From Pseudothioglobus sp. nBUS_23 (GTDB taxonomy: Bacteria > Pseudomonadota > Gammaproteobacteria > PS1 > Pseudothioglobaceae), in assembly GCF_051201565.1 (NCBI RefSeq), contig NZ_CP179200.1, forward strand, positions 1-32,000: 32,000 nt of DNA, in the 5' to 3' direction. This document shows positions 12,464-22,204 of this stretch, in pieces. The notes beneath the pieces are model-generated. The model made no database searches, had not been told where the DNA came from, and worked only from the letters and a program-made list of their open reading frames with translations. The stretch's first letter is position 1, and each line of letters opens with the position of its first letter. Made by a program: the position numbers and the translations under genes.

Positions 12464-13147
12464 TTAGTCGCGACGTCTCCAAACGCCATACTTGACATCT
12501 TTCCAGTATTCTTTTTTAAGCATATAAACAAGAATAAATAAGACACCTAAAAACAAGAGAACCCACTTGCCAAGCTGCAAGCGAATGAGCTTTGCTGGTT
12601 CGCCGACATAATCTAAGAAGTTTGTAATATCACGAACACTATTGTCGAATTCAGCTTCAGACTGATCTTTTCTGAGGGACCAGAGCGCATCAGGCATTGA
12701 TGCATTGACTAGAACCTTGTTATTTACGCCGAATATTCTTGATTCGTCTTCATAGAAGCTTCTTAGGTAAGTATAGATCCAGTCTGTTCCTTTTGATCTT
12801 GCAACTAGAGAAAGATCTGGAGGCACTCCTCCAAACCACTTCGATGCGGCATTTTCTGGCATTGCAGTAACCATTGGTTCGCCTGGTTTATTGCCTGCAA
12901 ACATAAGGTTTTGGGCAATCAACTCATCTGACAAGCCCAAATCACTACCTATTCTGTTGTAGCGCATAAAGCTTATTGCGTGACAACCCGAGCAATAATT
13001 CATAAAAAGCTTAGCACCGTTTTGAAGAGAGGCTCTATCCATAATGTCTGTATCAGCGTGGTCAAGGTGAACTTTGCTCGCAGCAAACCCATTCAATGAT
13101 AAAAGCGATAAAGAAAAGACAAGAGCTAGAGTTTTCAAACTTTTCAT
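12464..13147 (-). CDS. petC: Cytochrome c1 of the bc1 complex
   Basis: 227 aa. Signal peptide, heme c site CSGCHA and a C-terminal membrane anchor (WVLLFLGVLFILVYML). Sits 3 nt after petB. Confidence 0.88.
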   Translation of the reverse strand: MKSLKTLALVFSLSLLSLNGFAASKVHLDHADTDIMDRASLQNGAKLFMNYCSGCHAISFMRYNRIGSDLGLSDELIAQNLMFAGNKPGEPMVTAMPENAASKWFGGVPPDLSLVARSKGTDWIYTYLRSFYEDESRIFGVNNKVLVNASMPDALWSLRKDQSEAEFDNSVRDITNFLDYVGEPAKLIRLQLGKWVLLFLGVLFILVYMLKKEYWKDVKYGVWRRRD

Positions 13148-13150
13148 ATA

Positions 13151-14374
13151 TTACTCCGTAACTCTTAATGGCACTTCTTTTGTTTTTCCAATTGAAGTGT
13201 ACCAAGGCATTAAAATGAAATAGGCAAAATATAGTACTGTTGCAATTCTCCCCAATAAAGCATATGTTGGGGTTACAGGTTTTAGTCCTAACCAGCCAAG
13301 CATAACAAAGCTAACAACAAAAATGCCTAGAGCCCACTTATAAATAGGGCTTCTATAGCGTATTGATTTAACTGGGCTTCGATCCAGCCATGGCAATGCA
13401 AAAAAGATAAGAATTGCAGCAAACATAGCCAAAACACCTGGAAATTGAGAGCCAAACATTGGTGGTATCGCCCTTAAGACTGAATAAAAAGGAGTTAAGT
13501 ACCATACAGGGGCAATATGCTCAGGCGTTTTAAGAGGATTTGCTTCGACAAAGTTGGCATGCTCTAAGAAATAACCATTAAGAGCAGGCGCATAGAAAAT
13601 CACCGCGCACATAATCCATATAAAGCCTACAACAACCATACTGTCTTTGATTGTAAAGTATGGGTGAAAAGGAATACCATCTTTAGGGATGCCATCTTTA
13701 TCTTTGTTCTCTTTAATTTCAATACCATCAGGGTTGTTAGAGCCAACATGATGAAGTGCAACCAAATGAAGAAAAACTAGAACCACTAAAAGCAATGGTA
13801 ATACAATTACGTGAAGAGAGAAAAAGCGATTCAGGGTGGCGTCTCCAACAGCATAGTCACCCAGTATCCATACCAATAGGTCTGGCCCAATAACTGGCAC
13901 AGAGCCAAACAGAGAGATAATTACTTGAGCACCCCAAAAAGACATCTGCCCCCAAGGAAGGACATACCCAAAAAACGCCTCTGCAGCAAGCAAAACGTAA
14001 AGAAGCATTCCTAAAATCCATAGAAATTCTCTTGGACCCTTGTAAGAGCCATAAAGAAGAGCCCTAAACATGTGAAGATAAATAATTACAAAAAATGCTG
14101 ATGCGCCTGTAGAGTGAAGGTAGCGAATTAGCCAGCCCCATTCGATATCTCTCATAATGTATTCTACTGAGGCAAATGCGTTAGCCGCATCTGGCTTGTA
14201 GTACATTGTTAAAAATATCCCTGTAATTAGTTGCATACCAAGCATTAGCACGGCAAGCCCACCAAAGAAATACCAAAAATTAAAGTTTCTTGGCGTGTAG
14301 TATTCTGCTAAATGTTCGTTCCAAACTTTTGAGAGAGGGAACCTTTGGTCTATCCAGCTTTGATTTTTTTTCAT
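13151..14374 (-). CDS. petB: Cytochrome b of the bc1 complex
   Basis: 407 aa, polytopic. Conserved cytochrome b segments (RYLHSTGASAFF, PEW-loop-like APVWYLTPFY) and His ligands. Confidence 0.95.
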   Translation of the reverse strand: MKKNQSWIDQRFPLSKVWNEHLAEYYTPRNFNFWYFFGGLAVLMLGMQLITGIFLTMYYKPDAANAFASVEYIMRDIEWGWLIRYLHSTGASAFFVIIYLHMFRALLYGSYKGPREFLWILGMLLYVLLAAEAFFGYVLPWGQMSFWGAQVIISLFGSVPVIGPDLLVWILGDYAVGDATLNRFFSLHVIVLPLLLVVLVFLHLVALHHVGSNNPDGIEIKENKDKDGIPKDGIPFHPYFTIKDSMVVVGFIWIMCAVIFYAPALNGYFLEHANFVEANPLKTPEHIAPVWYLTPFYSVLRAIPPMFGSQFPGVLAMFAAILIFFALPWLDRSPVKSIRYRSPIYKWALGIFVVSFVMLGWLGLKPVTPTYALLGRIATVLYFAYFILMPWYTSIGKTKEVPLRVTE

Positions 14375-14383
14375 ACTGATTAA

Positions 14384-15001
14384 TTATGTATTTTTATGAT
14401 CAATGCCAACTCGAATAAGTGAATCAGTCACATACTGATATGGCGGTATTTCAAGATTTGTTGGTGCTGGGACCCCCGCATAAACACGACCAGCAAGGTC
14501 AAACTTAGAGCCATGACACGGACAGTAGAACCCACCTTTCCAGCTATCACCACCTAGGTCAGAAGCGCCTGGCTCTGGTCTATATGTAGGAGAGCAGCCA
14601 AGGTGTGTGCAAACACCAACTATCACAGCAACCTCTTCTTTGTTCTCTATTGAGCGAAAACTTGAAGACACATATTTTGGTTGTTGATTTTTTGAATTTC
14701 CGGTTCCACTTGGGTCTGCTAGCTTGCTCATTAATTCTTCCGATGTAAGGGCGTCTAGAGCAGACTTATCTCTTTTAAAAACCCAAACAGGCTTTTTTCG
14801 CCACAAAACTCTCACAAGTTGACCTGATTCAAGCTTTGAAATGTCGACATCAACTGGAGCTCCTGCAGCTTTAGTTTTGGCTGATGGTTTCCATGTTGAC
14901 AGGAAGGGCCAGGCTACGAAGCCAACCCCAACAGCACCAACAACACCAGTTGCTTGTGTCAAAAAGCGTCTCTTTTTTAAATCAATAGTTTGTTCAGACA
15001 T
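14384..15001 (-). CDS. petA: Ubiquinol-cytochrome c reductase Rieske iron-sulfur subunit
   Basis: 205 aa. Tat-like N-terminus (KKRRFLTQ) with a TM helix, and Rieske boxes CTHLGC and CPCHGS. Confidence 0.93.
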   Translation of the reverse strand: MSEQTIDLKKRRFLTQATGVVGAVGVGFVAWPFLSTWKPSAKTKAAGAPVDVDISKLESGQLVRVLWRKKPVWVFKRDKSALDALTSEELMSKLADPSGTGNSKNQQPKYVSSSFRSIENKEEVAVIVGVCTHLGCSPTYRPEPGASDLGGDSWKGGFYCPCHGSKFDLAGRVYAGVPAPTNLEIPPYQYVTDSLIRVGIDHKNT

Positions 15002-15038
15002 ATAAATTCTAGGCGATGTTAAGTTTTAAAACCGCACT

Positions 15039-15066
15039 ATTATAATGTATAGAGGCAAAATTTAAA
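15039..15066 (-). promoter_or_regulatory. Candidate sigma70-type promoter for petABC
   Basis: On the minus strand, TTTAAA (15066-15061), a 16-nt spacer, then TATAAT (15044-15039). This lies 38 nt upstream of the petA ATG in the 82-nt spacer after the DUF721 gene. Pattern only. Confidence 0.25.
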
Positions 15067-15083
15067 AGCAAAAATGATTCAAC

Positions 15084-15392
15084 TTAACTAGTATTTTTTT
15101 CATCAACACTGATCGATAACAATTCAATATTTGAGAGCCCATCGATTTTGTTAATGATCGACAAAAGTTTATTTTTTTGCTTCTTTGCTCGAAAAGCAGT
15201 TGAGGGGTTTTTTGCTGCAAGAAAGACTTTGTTGTTTTCAATTAAACATAAAGAGAGTCCAGCAAGCTCTCGAGGAAGCTCTTTCTTCAAAAGTTCATTA
15301 AAGTGGTTGTGAGACTTAGCCTTTTCAAACAAAAGGCCAAGGCTGCCACCAGGGGTAAAATTTGTCGGGTTTTCTTTAGTTTTATCCTGCAT
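15084..15392 (-). CDS. Small DUF721 / DciA-like protein (possible replicative-helicase operator)
   Basis: 102 aa. The pattern [58 protein letters not shown] matches my recollection of the DUF721 core (target of ...L.v.v.s.awa..l......il..l....g...i..i.v.v). Divergent adjacency to secA is common for this family in non-enteric proteobacteria. The assignment is unverified. Confidence 0.5.
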   Translation of the reverse strand: MQDKTKENPTNFTPGGSLGLLFEKAKSHNHFNELLKKELPRELAGLSLCLIENNKVFLAAKNPSTAFRAKKQKNKLLSIINKIDGLSNIELLSISVDEKNTS

Positions 15393-15423
15393 ATGTGAGA
15401 AAATACCACAGTTTTGTCAACTA

Positions 15424-18102
15424 ATGTTTTGTTCTTCAATGAGTATTATAAATAATGTTTTATCAAAGGTTATTGGCTCTCGCAATGATCGCCTTATCAA
15501 AAAATATAGCGGCCAGGTAGCAAAGATCAATGCCCTAGAGTCACAAATGGAGTCTATGAGTGACGATGAGCTTTCTTCAATAACTGCCAGACTCAAGCAA
15601 AGAGCAAAAAATAATGAAACTACAGAAGATATTCTTCCTGAGGCTTTTGCAGCGGTTAGAGAGGCTAGTCAAAGAACGCTTGGATTAAGGCATTACGATG
15701 TTCAGCTTATTGGCGGAATGGTTCTTCATGAAGGGTGCATCTCTGAAATGGGAACAGGAGAAGGAAAGACTCTGGTTGCTACGCTACCAGCTTATCTTAA
15801 TGCAATATTTGGCAATAAGGTTCATGTTGTTACAGTTAATGACTATTTGGCGTCGAGGGACGCAGAGTGGATGGGTAAGATTTTTTCTTTCCTGGGCCTC
15901 ACTGTTGGAACTTCAATATCAGGCATGTCTGGAGAGGAAAAGCAAAAAGCATATTCGTGCGACATCACATACGCCACAAATAATGAGCTTGGTTTTGATT
16001 ATCTAAGAGATAACATGGCTTTTTCAAGTGATCAAAAAATGCTCCAAGACCTTTCTTTTGCAATTATCGATGAAGTTGATTCAATCTTGATTGATGAGGC
16101 CAGAACCCCTTTGGTCATATCAGGACCAAGTGGCGATCATGGCCAAGTTTATAAGGCTATCAACACAATGATTCCAAGGTTTACCCTCCAAATAGAGAGA
16201 GGCCAGGGAAAAGAATTAGAAATCATAACACCTGGAGACTATACGGTTGACGAGAAACATAAGCAAGTATTTTTGAGCGATGATGGCCATGTAAAAGCAG
16301 AAAACATGCTTATTGAGGCAGGCGCATTGACTGAAGGATCTACTCTATACGATCCAAGCAATATTATTTTGCTGCAGCATCTTATATCTGGGCTAAGGGC
16401 GCATGTACTCTTTCAAAAAAACGTACATTACATAGTTAAGAATGATGAAGTAATAATCGTGGACGAGTTTACTGGAAGAACAATGGAAGGTAGAAGGTGG
16501 TCAGAAGGTCTTCACCAGGCAATAGAGGCTAAGGAAAATGTCAGCATTAAGCAAGAAAACCAAACCTTAGCATCAATAACATATCAAAATTATTTTAGGC
16601 TGTATGGCAAGCTTTCTGGTATGACTGGAACTGCTGAGACAGAAGCTGCTGAACTACAAGATATTTATGGCCTAGAGGTTGTTGTTGTTCCACCTAACAC
16701 CGCCTCAGCCAGGACAGACTTCTCGGACTTGATTTACGGAACCATGGATGAAAAACTTGATGCAGTGCTTAAAGACATTGTTGAGTGTCAAGAAAGGCTG
16801 CAACCAGTTCTTGTTGGAACCAGTAGTATTGAAAGTTCAGAGAGTGTTTCTGACATTCTCAAGAAAAACAAAATTAAGCATGAAGTTCTCAACGCAAAAC
16901 AACATGAGCGCGAGGCTGAGATAGTTGCAAATGCTGGAGCCCCTGGCGCTGTAACAATTTCGACCAATATGGCTGGTCGTGGAACAGACATTGTTCTTGG
17001 AGGGAGGCCGGTAGAAGGCGCTAGTGAGTCAGACAAAAAATCTTGGGCTGAAAATCATGATACCGTAATTAAGGCAGGAGGCCTTCATATTATTGGAACA
17101 GAAAGGAATGAATCTCGCCGAGTTGATAATCAACTAAGAGGCCGGGCTGCTAGACAGGGGGATGTTGGATCTACCCGATTCTACTTGTCTTTAGAAGATA
17201 GCTTAATGAAAATATTTGCTTCTGAAAAGACAGCAAGCATGATGAAAAAATTAGGTATGAAAGAGGGAGAGGCTTTAGAGCACAGTTGGCTGAATAAAAC
17301 TATCGCCAATGCGCAGAAAAAAGTCGAGGGGATGCATTATGATGCCCGAAAGCACCTTTTAGAGTATGACGACGTAGCAAACGACCAGCGAAAGGTTGTC
17401 TATGAGTTAAGAGACGAGCTAATGGGCAAAGAAGATGTTAAGGATCGTTTTGAAACAATTCGAGATGAGGTTATAAGCGACCTCTTTGCACAACATATCT
17501 CGCCAAAAGTACTCGAGGAGGATTGGGACGTTGACGGACTTCAGCGCGCTTTATTAGAGTCATATGGTACTGATATTCCTCTTAAAGGAATGATTGATGA
17601 AGGAATGGATGTTGATGAAATTCTTAAAATGATTCAGTCTGGCTTTGCAGCATCTCATGAAGCCAAAGAAAAAAATCTTGGCGCTGATACTATGAGGACA
17701 TTTGAAAAAGCTGTTATGCTCAGAGCTCTAGACCATCACTGGAAAGAGCACCTAGCCGTAATGGACCAGCTTAGACAAAGCGTAAACCTTCGTGGATATG
17801 GCCAAAAGAACCCAGTGCAAGAGTATAAGAGAGAGTCATTTGATATGTTTACGCAGCTTCTTGACACAATTAATATTGAAATTGTGAAGGCACTGAGTAG
17901 TGTAAATCTTGAACAAGTTAGCGCGCAACAAAAAGAAATTATTGAGGAGAGGGCGCGGGCAGACAGCCCTGAGCCGCCCCAAAGAAAGGCGTCTCCCTCC
18001 AGAAGAGCAACCCCACAAACAGCAAAAAGAAATGTTAAGGTGGGCAGAAATGATCCTTGCCCATGTGGATCGGGTAAAAAATACAAGCAGTGTCATGGGT
18101 AA
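15424..18102 (+). CDS. secA: Preprotein translocase ATPase SecA
   Basis: 892 aa for the maximal ORF. Alignment with E. coli SecA (MLIKLLTKVFGSRNDR) favours the second ATG at 15439 ([18 protein letters not shown]). DEAD motor motifs MGTGEGKT and [15 protein letters not shown], and a C-terminal Zn finger [14 protein letters not shown]. Confidence 0.97.
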   Translation: MFCSSMSIINNVLSKVIGSRNDRLIKKYSGQVAKINALESQMESMSDDELSSITARLKQRAKNNETTEDILPEAFAAVREASQRTLGLRHYDVQLIGGMVLHEGCISEMGTGEGKTLVATLPAYLNAIFGNKVHVVTVNDYLASRDAEWMGKIFSFLGLTVGTSISGMSGEEKQKAYSCDITYATNNELGFDYLRDNMAFSSDQKMLQDLSFAIIDEVDSILIDEARTPLVISGPSGDHGQVYKAINTMIPRFTLQIERGQGKELEIITPGDYTVDEKHKQVFLSDDGHVKAENMLIEAGALTEGSTLYDPSNIILLQHLISGLRAHVLFQKNVHYIVKNDEVIIVDEFTGRTMEGRRWSEGLHQAIEAKENVSIKQENQTLASITYQNYFRLYGKLSGMTGTAETEAAELQDIYGLEVVVVPPNTASARTDFSDLIYGTMDEKLDAVLKDIVECQERLQPVLVGTSSIESSESVSDILKKNKIKHEVLNAKQHEREAEIVANAGAPGAVTISTNMAGRGTDIVLGGRPVEGASESDKKSWAENHDTVIKAGGLHIIGTERNESRRVDNQLRGRAARQGDVGSTRFYLSLEDSLMKIFASEKTASMMKKLGMKEGEALEHSWLNKTIANAQKKVEGMHYDARKHLLEYDDVANDQRKVVYELRDELMGKEDVKDRFETIRDEVISDLFAQHISPKVLEEDWDVDGLQRALLESYGTDIPLKGMIDEGMDVDEILKMIQSGFAASHEAKEKNLGADTMRTFEKAVMLRALDHHWKEHLAVMDQLRQSVNLRGYGQKNPVQEYKRESFDMFTQLLDTINIEIVKALSSVNLEQVSAQQKEIIEERARADSPEPPQRKASPSRRATPQTAKRNVKVGRNDPCPCGSGKKYKQCHG

Positions 18103-18114
18103 TGATTTAACTCT

Positions 18115-19170
18115 ATGCTAGCTAAGCCGCTGATTAAGCAAATTAAACTTGCTAGGCCTGATGACTGGCACCTTCATTTGAGGCAGGGAAAGGCTATGAG
18201 ATCAGTTGTTGGTATGACAGCTAGACAGATGGGTAGGGCAATTATAATGCCAAACCTCTCCCCTCCAGTTAAAACAGTCAAACAGGCACTAGATTATCGA
18301 AAGGAGGTTGTTAGCGCGCTGCCAAAAAGCTCAAACTTTAACCCTCTGATGACTTTGTATCTTACTGATAATACGACTAAACAAGACATCATTAATGCAA
18401 GCAATGAAGAGCATGTCTATGCTGTAAAGCTCTACCCTGCTGGGGCAACCACAAACTCAGAGAGCGGGGTGACAAGCTTGCCAAATGTCTATCCAGCTTT
18501 AGAACAAATGCAAAAAGAAAGCATCCCTCTTTTAGTTCATGGCGAAGTTACTCATGATGATATAGACATATTTGACAGGGAGGCTGTGTTTATAGAAACA
18601 ATACTTGAGCCTCTTACTAATAAGTTTCCAGGGCTAAGGGTAGTTTTGGAGCATATTACAACAAAGGACTCGGTTGACTTTGTTACACAGTCTCGGGATA
18701 CCATAGGTGCGACAATCACTGCCCACCACCTTCTAGCCAATAGAAATCATATGCTTGTTGGTGGAATCAAACCCCACTATTATTGCCTGCCTGTTCTTAA
18801 AAGAAAAGTCCCTCATCAAGACGCTTTAATTGCAGCAGCAACCTCTGGAAATCCTAAATTTTTTCTTGGGACAGATTCAGCCCCTCATTATCAAAATGAA
18901 AAAGAGTCAGCTTGCGGTTGTGCGGGAGTTTTTAGTGCTCATGCCGCAATCGAGCTCTATGCTGATGCCTTTGAAAAAGCAAACAAGCTTGATATGTTAG
19001 AAGGCTTTGCTTCGAACTACGGGGCAGATTTTTATGGTTTGAAGCGAAATACAGAAATAATCACGCTTGAAAAAAGGCCATGGATGGTTCCAAAAAGCTA
19101 TAGTTTTTCTGACTCTAAAGTTATTCCTTTTTTAGCTGAAGAGCAGCTTTCATGGAGGCTTATGCTCTAG
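18115..19170 (+). CDS. pyrC: Dihydroorotase (type II, E. coli-like)
   Basis: 351 aa. DDWHLHLR metal site, AVKLYPAGATTNS (carbamylated-Lys region), LLVHGEV, FLGTDSAPH. Near-colinear with E. coli PyrC. Sits 12 nt after secA. Confidence 0.95.
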   Translation: MLAKPLIKQIKLARPDDWHLHLRQGKAMRSVVGMTARQMGRAIIMPNLSPPVKTVKQALDYRKEVVSALPKSSNFNPLMTLYLTDNTTKQDIINASNEEHVYAVKLYPAGATTNSESGVTSLPNVYPALEQMQKESIPLLVHGEVTHDDIDIFDREAVFIETILEPLTNKFPGLRVVLEHITTKDSVDFVTQSRDTIGATITAHHLLANRNHMLVGGIKPHYYCLPVLKRKVPHQDALIAAATSGNPKFFLGTDSAPHYQNEKESACGCAGVFSAHAAIELYADAFEKANKLDMLEGFASNYGADFYGLKRNTEIITLEKRPWMVPKSYSFSDSKVIPFLAEEQLSWRLML

Positions 19171-20090
19171 TTTGTGGGGGTTTTAAAGTATCCCTGGCTC
19201 TTTTCGACATCCCTTTCTATTTGTTTTTTCAATTCATCAAACGACCCAAACTTGATTTCGTTTCGGCACTTTTGTCTAAAAATAACGTTAACATACTCAC
19301 CATAGATTTCTTGGTCAAAGTCAAAAATGAAAACCTCTAGAAGTGTTTTTGTGCCGCCAAGTGTAGGACGCCTTCCGACATTACAAACTCCAGCGTAGGT
19401 GTCAGAATTATGCACAATATTTACGCTATAAACCCCTAACACCGGGCTAAGCTTTCTTTTTATGCCTATATTTGCTGTAGGAAAGCCTATCGTTCTTCCT
19501 ATTTGGTCTCCATGTGCTACTTTTCCACTTATTGAAAAAGGTCTTCCCAAAAAGATTTCGGCGCTTTTAAAGTCTCCTTTTGAGAGCATATTCCTTATTT
19601 CAGAGCTGCTGACACGAAGGCCTTCTATTGAAACACCTTTAATTTTTTGTAATTCAAAGTTATGCTCTAAAGACATTTGTTTGAGCATAGAGAAGTCACC
19701 CTCTCGGCCTTTTCCAAAGCGAAAATCATCACCAACAAGGCAGTATCGCACCCCTGTTTTTTCAACAAGCACTTTATTAACGAAGTCAGCAGCTTTTAGC
19801 TCAGAAAAAGACTTATTGAATCTAATTAAAAGGTGCTTATCAACTCCAAGGGATTCAAGCAGTAGGTGCTTATCTCGGAAGTTGTTAATTCTGGCCTTAG
19901 GTCTGCCAAAAAAGGTTTCAGGGGTTACTGAAAAGGAAATGACTAGAGAAGGAAGCCCAAGTTCTTCGGCTTTTTTTACAAGTTTTTTTAGTATTTCTTG
20001 ATGGCCGACATGAATCCCATCAAAATTACCAATAGTTAAAACGCACCCAGACAGGCTTTTTAGATTGTGAAGTCCCCTAATTAATTCCAT
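19167..20090 (-). CDS. ribF: Bifunctional riboflavin kinase / FAD synthetase
   Basis: 307 aa. N-terminal nucleotidyltransferase motif GNFDGIHVGH, and C-terminal riboflavin kinase motifs (GFPTANI, LEVFIFDF). Confidence 0.93.
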   Translation of the reverse strand: MELIRGLHNLKSLSGCVLTIGNFDGIHVGHQEILKKLVKKAEELGLPSLVISFSVTPETFFGRPKARINNFRDKHLLLESLGVDKHLLIRFNKSFSELKAADFVNKVLVEKTGVRYCLVGDDFRFGKGREGDFSMLKQMSLEHNFELQKIKGVSIEGLRVSSSEIRNMLSKGDFKSAEIFLGRPFSISGKVAHGDQIGRTIGFPTANIGIKRKLSPVLGVYSVNIVHNSDTYAGVCNVGRRPTLGGTKTLLEVFIFDFDQEIYGEYVNVIFRQKCRNEIKFGSFDELKKQIERDVEKSQGYFKTPTN

Positions 20091-20128
20091 AAGCGTATTT
20101 TACTGTCGATAACATTCTTTATTTATCA

Positions 20129-21145
20129 TTAAAGTGACTGAATTATTTTTTTAACAGGCGCAGGCACTCCCTTTAAAAGAGTGTTTGTTTTAAAGTAATT
20201 TTTTTTGCCACCTGGAGAGTTAATTATTATGGGGGTAATCCATAAATTATAATGAGTAAAGGCGTGTTTAAATTTTTCGAGGCGACGAATAACTGTTGCT
20301 CTGCTGTTATGTATTTTTATTGTTTTTTCAATCATTGTTTTTGTCTCTTGACACTCTTCAAAACACCAAAGCCCGCCCCAAACCCCTGGACTTGGCCTCT
20401 TCATCAAAAAAACATCTTTTTTTTCATTAAGATAAATCAGAAAAACTATTTTTTTTTCAGGCTTTGGGGCTGTTTTTGTTTTTTTCTTCGGGAAAAGCAG
20501 TTGCGCATTGTTGATGAATGCTTCACAGCCGGTTGAGATTGGACATTTGTCACAAAAAGGGTTTTTTGGAACACAAACTGTTGCTCCAATGTCCATTATT
20601 GCTTGAGTGTACTCTGCATTTTTCTCTGAGGGGGTGTGAAAGTTGGCAAGACTCCAAAGTTTCTTCATCACAGGCGCCTCTGAATAATGGCCATCTAACA
20701 TGTGATATCTCGTAAGAACTCTTTTAACATTGCCATCAAGTATTGGCGACCTTAGGTTGCTTCCTAAAGACAAGATTGCCCCAGCAGTTGATGGGCCGAT
20801 TCCAGGCAATGAGATCAACTCAGACTCGTTTTTAGGAAACACCCCTTTATACTTAGCAGATACTATCTTTGCAGTTTTGTGAAGGTTTCGAGCCCGGCTA
20901 TAATACCCAAGTCCCGCCCAAAGCGCCATTACTTTGTCTTCGCCAGCTGAAGCCAGTGCATGTATATCTGGAAATGCCTTAATGAAGTCATTGAAGTAAT
21001 CTTTAACGGTGGATACTTGGGTTTGTTGGAGCATCACTTCAGAAAGCCAAACATGATAAATGTTTGGCGGAGAAGACTGCCATGGAAGGTTTTTTCTTCC
21101 ATGGCTCTTAAACCAAATTAATAGCTCCTTGGCCAGTTCTGTCAC
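20129..21145 (-). CDS. mutY: A/G-specific adenine DNA glycosylase MutY
   Basis: 338 aa. Uses a GTG start at 21145, 2 nt after the metA stop. HhH-GPD motif LPGIGPSTAGAI, 4Fe-4S loop CVPKNPFCDKCPISTGC, and a C-terminal NUDIX-like domain. Confidence 0.92.
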   Translation of the reverse strand: MTELAKELLIWFKSHGRKNLPWQSSPPNIYHVWLSEVMLQQTQVSTVKDYFNDFIKAFPDIHALASAGEDKVMALWAGLGYYSRARNLHKTAKIVSAKYKGVFPKNESELISLPGIGPSTAGAILSLGSNLRSPILDGNVKRVLTRYHMLDGHYSEAPVMKKLWSLANFHTPSEKNAEYTQAIMDIGATVCVPKNPFCDKCPISTGCEAFINNAQLLFPKKKTKTAPKPEKKIVFLIYLNEKKDVFLMKRPSPGVWGGLWCFEECQETKTMIEKTIKIHNSRATVIRRLEKFKHAFTHYNLWITPIIINSPGGKKNYFKTNTLLKGVPAPVKKIIQSL

Positions 21146-21147
21146 TT

Positions 21148-22200
21148 TTATAAACCAAGTGGGTTTTGTGGGTCTACTGACTCCATAAATGGCAACTTAA
21201 TTTCTACATTGGTTACTTGATAAAAGCAACCAATCCAGTTGTTGATAACGGCGCTAGCGCTGTCGTGCCATGTGTTGTCTATTGTTTTCATAATAAGCGC
21301 CTCTGGAAAGTCTGCGATAGTGGCCGAATTGTTTTCTAATCTTGACCTGTATTCATCTAGAATGGCGCAGTTTTGTGACGATAAATAGTTGGTTGGAAAA
21401 GGCGGATAGTCTGGGCGACCTCCCTCCAAATATATAGAGACCTCCCTTTTATATTCTTTCAGAAGACTAATTGAGTCATACTCTGGATGCCCTTGAAAAA
21501 AAACAAGCCGAAACTGGTCTTGACTCACAGCTAAATGAACTCCAACCGAGCTGGTAGCTAAAACCTTTGCTCCTGCTTTTTTAAACTGAGCTTCAGAAAT
21601 TCCATTGAAGCGGGAGTGTGGAATATCAAAACGCGTGTTCACGCCTTTGACCAGCGGGTGAGTTCTATCAACGACCTGATGAGGAAAAACCCCCCAGTGT
21701 TTTTTGCCATTTGGGGTGCGTTTTTGTGAGTACATGAACTCTAAAACAGCATGAGTAGCAAGGCAAGAACAAAGCGTTGAGGTAACATTATCGTAGGCCC
21801 AGTCAACTACTTGGCGAAGCTCTTTATAAAAAGGCGCTTTCTCAAGGTCTGGATGAGATACATTTGCCCCAGAAATAATTAGAGCATCAAGACCATGGTC
21901 CTTTATTTCATCAAAGGTTTTGTAATGCTTGTCAATATGCTCTGAGGCCTTTTTGCCTCGTTTGATGCTAGGAATTGAGAATGGATGAATATAGAGCTGA
22001 AGCACTTGGTTAGAGCGACCAATCAACCTAAAGAACTGTCTTTCAGTCGCCTCGAGTGCAGAATCTGGCATCATGTTCAGCAGGCCTATATGAAGAGCTC
22101 TAATGGCCTGATGAGAGGCCCTTTCTTCGGAGAGTATTGTTTCCCCTTGCTTTTCAAGGCGTTCAAAGGAAGGCAGATTGGTGTTTGCTATAAGTGGCAT
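21148..22200 (-). CDS. metA: MetA-family homoserine O-acyltransferase (long form). Succinyl versus acetyl donor is not determinable from sequence by eye.
   Basis: 350 aa. Colinear with E. coli MetA (LHIGLLNMMPD, catalytic Cys in TSTLCSC, GHPEYD His/Glu), but with about 40 extra C-terminal residues. Confidence 0.85.
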   Translation of the reverse strand: MPLIANTNLPSFERLEKQGETILSEERASHQAIRALHIGLLNMMPDSALEATERQFFRLIGRSNQVLQLYIHPFSIPSIKRGKKASEHIDKHYKTFDEIKDHGLDALIISGANVSHPDLEKAPFYKELRQVVDWAYDNVTSTLCSCLATHAVLEFMYSQKRTPNGKKHWGVFPHQVVDRTHPLVKGVNTRFDIPHSRFNGISEAQFKKAGAKVLATSSVGVHLAVSQDQFRLVFFQGHPEYDSISLLKEYKREVSIYLEGGRPDYPPFPTNYLSSQNCAILDEYRSRLENNSATIADFPEALIMKTIDNTWHDSASAVINNWIGCFYQVTNVEIKLPFMESVDPQNPLGL

Positions 22201-22204
22201 GGTT

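Noticed and set aside
19462-20001. 179-aa ORF on the + strand inside ribF.
   Set aside because: ribF on the minus strand has unambiguous FAD synthetase and riboflavin kinase motifs over the full length. The + strand product is Ser/Pro/Leu-rich with no recognisable domain, and no start context supports it.
20406-20485. Four homopolymer tracts (7, 8, 9 and 7 nt) within 80 nt of mutY, suggesting a slippage-prone, phase-variable mutator switch.
   Set aside because: They encode a Lys-rich linker (PKKKTKTAPKPEKKIVF). Equally long A9 tracts occur in essential genes here, for example dnaA 341-349. This fits the general AT-rich, Lys-rich coding style. It would be worth revisiting only if population reads show indels there.
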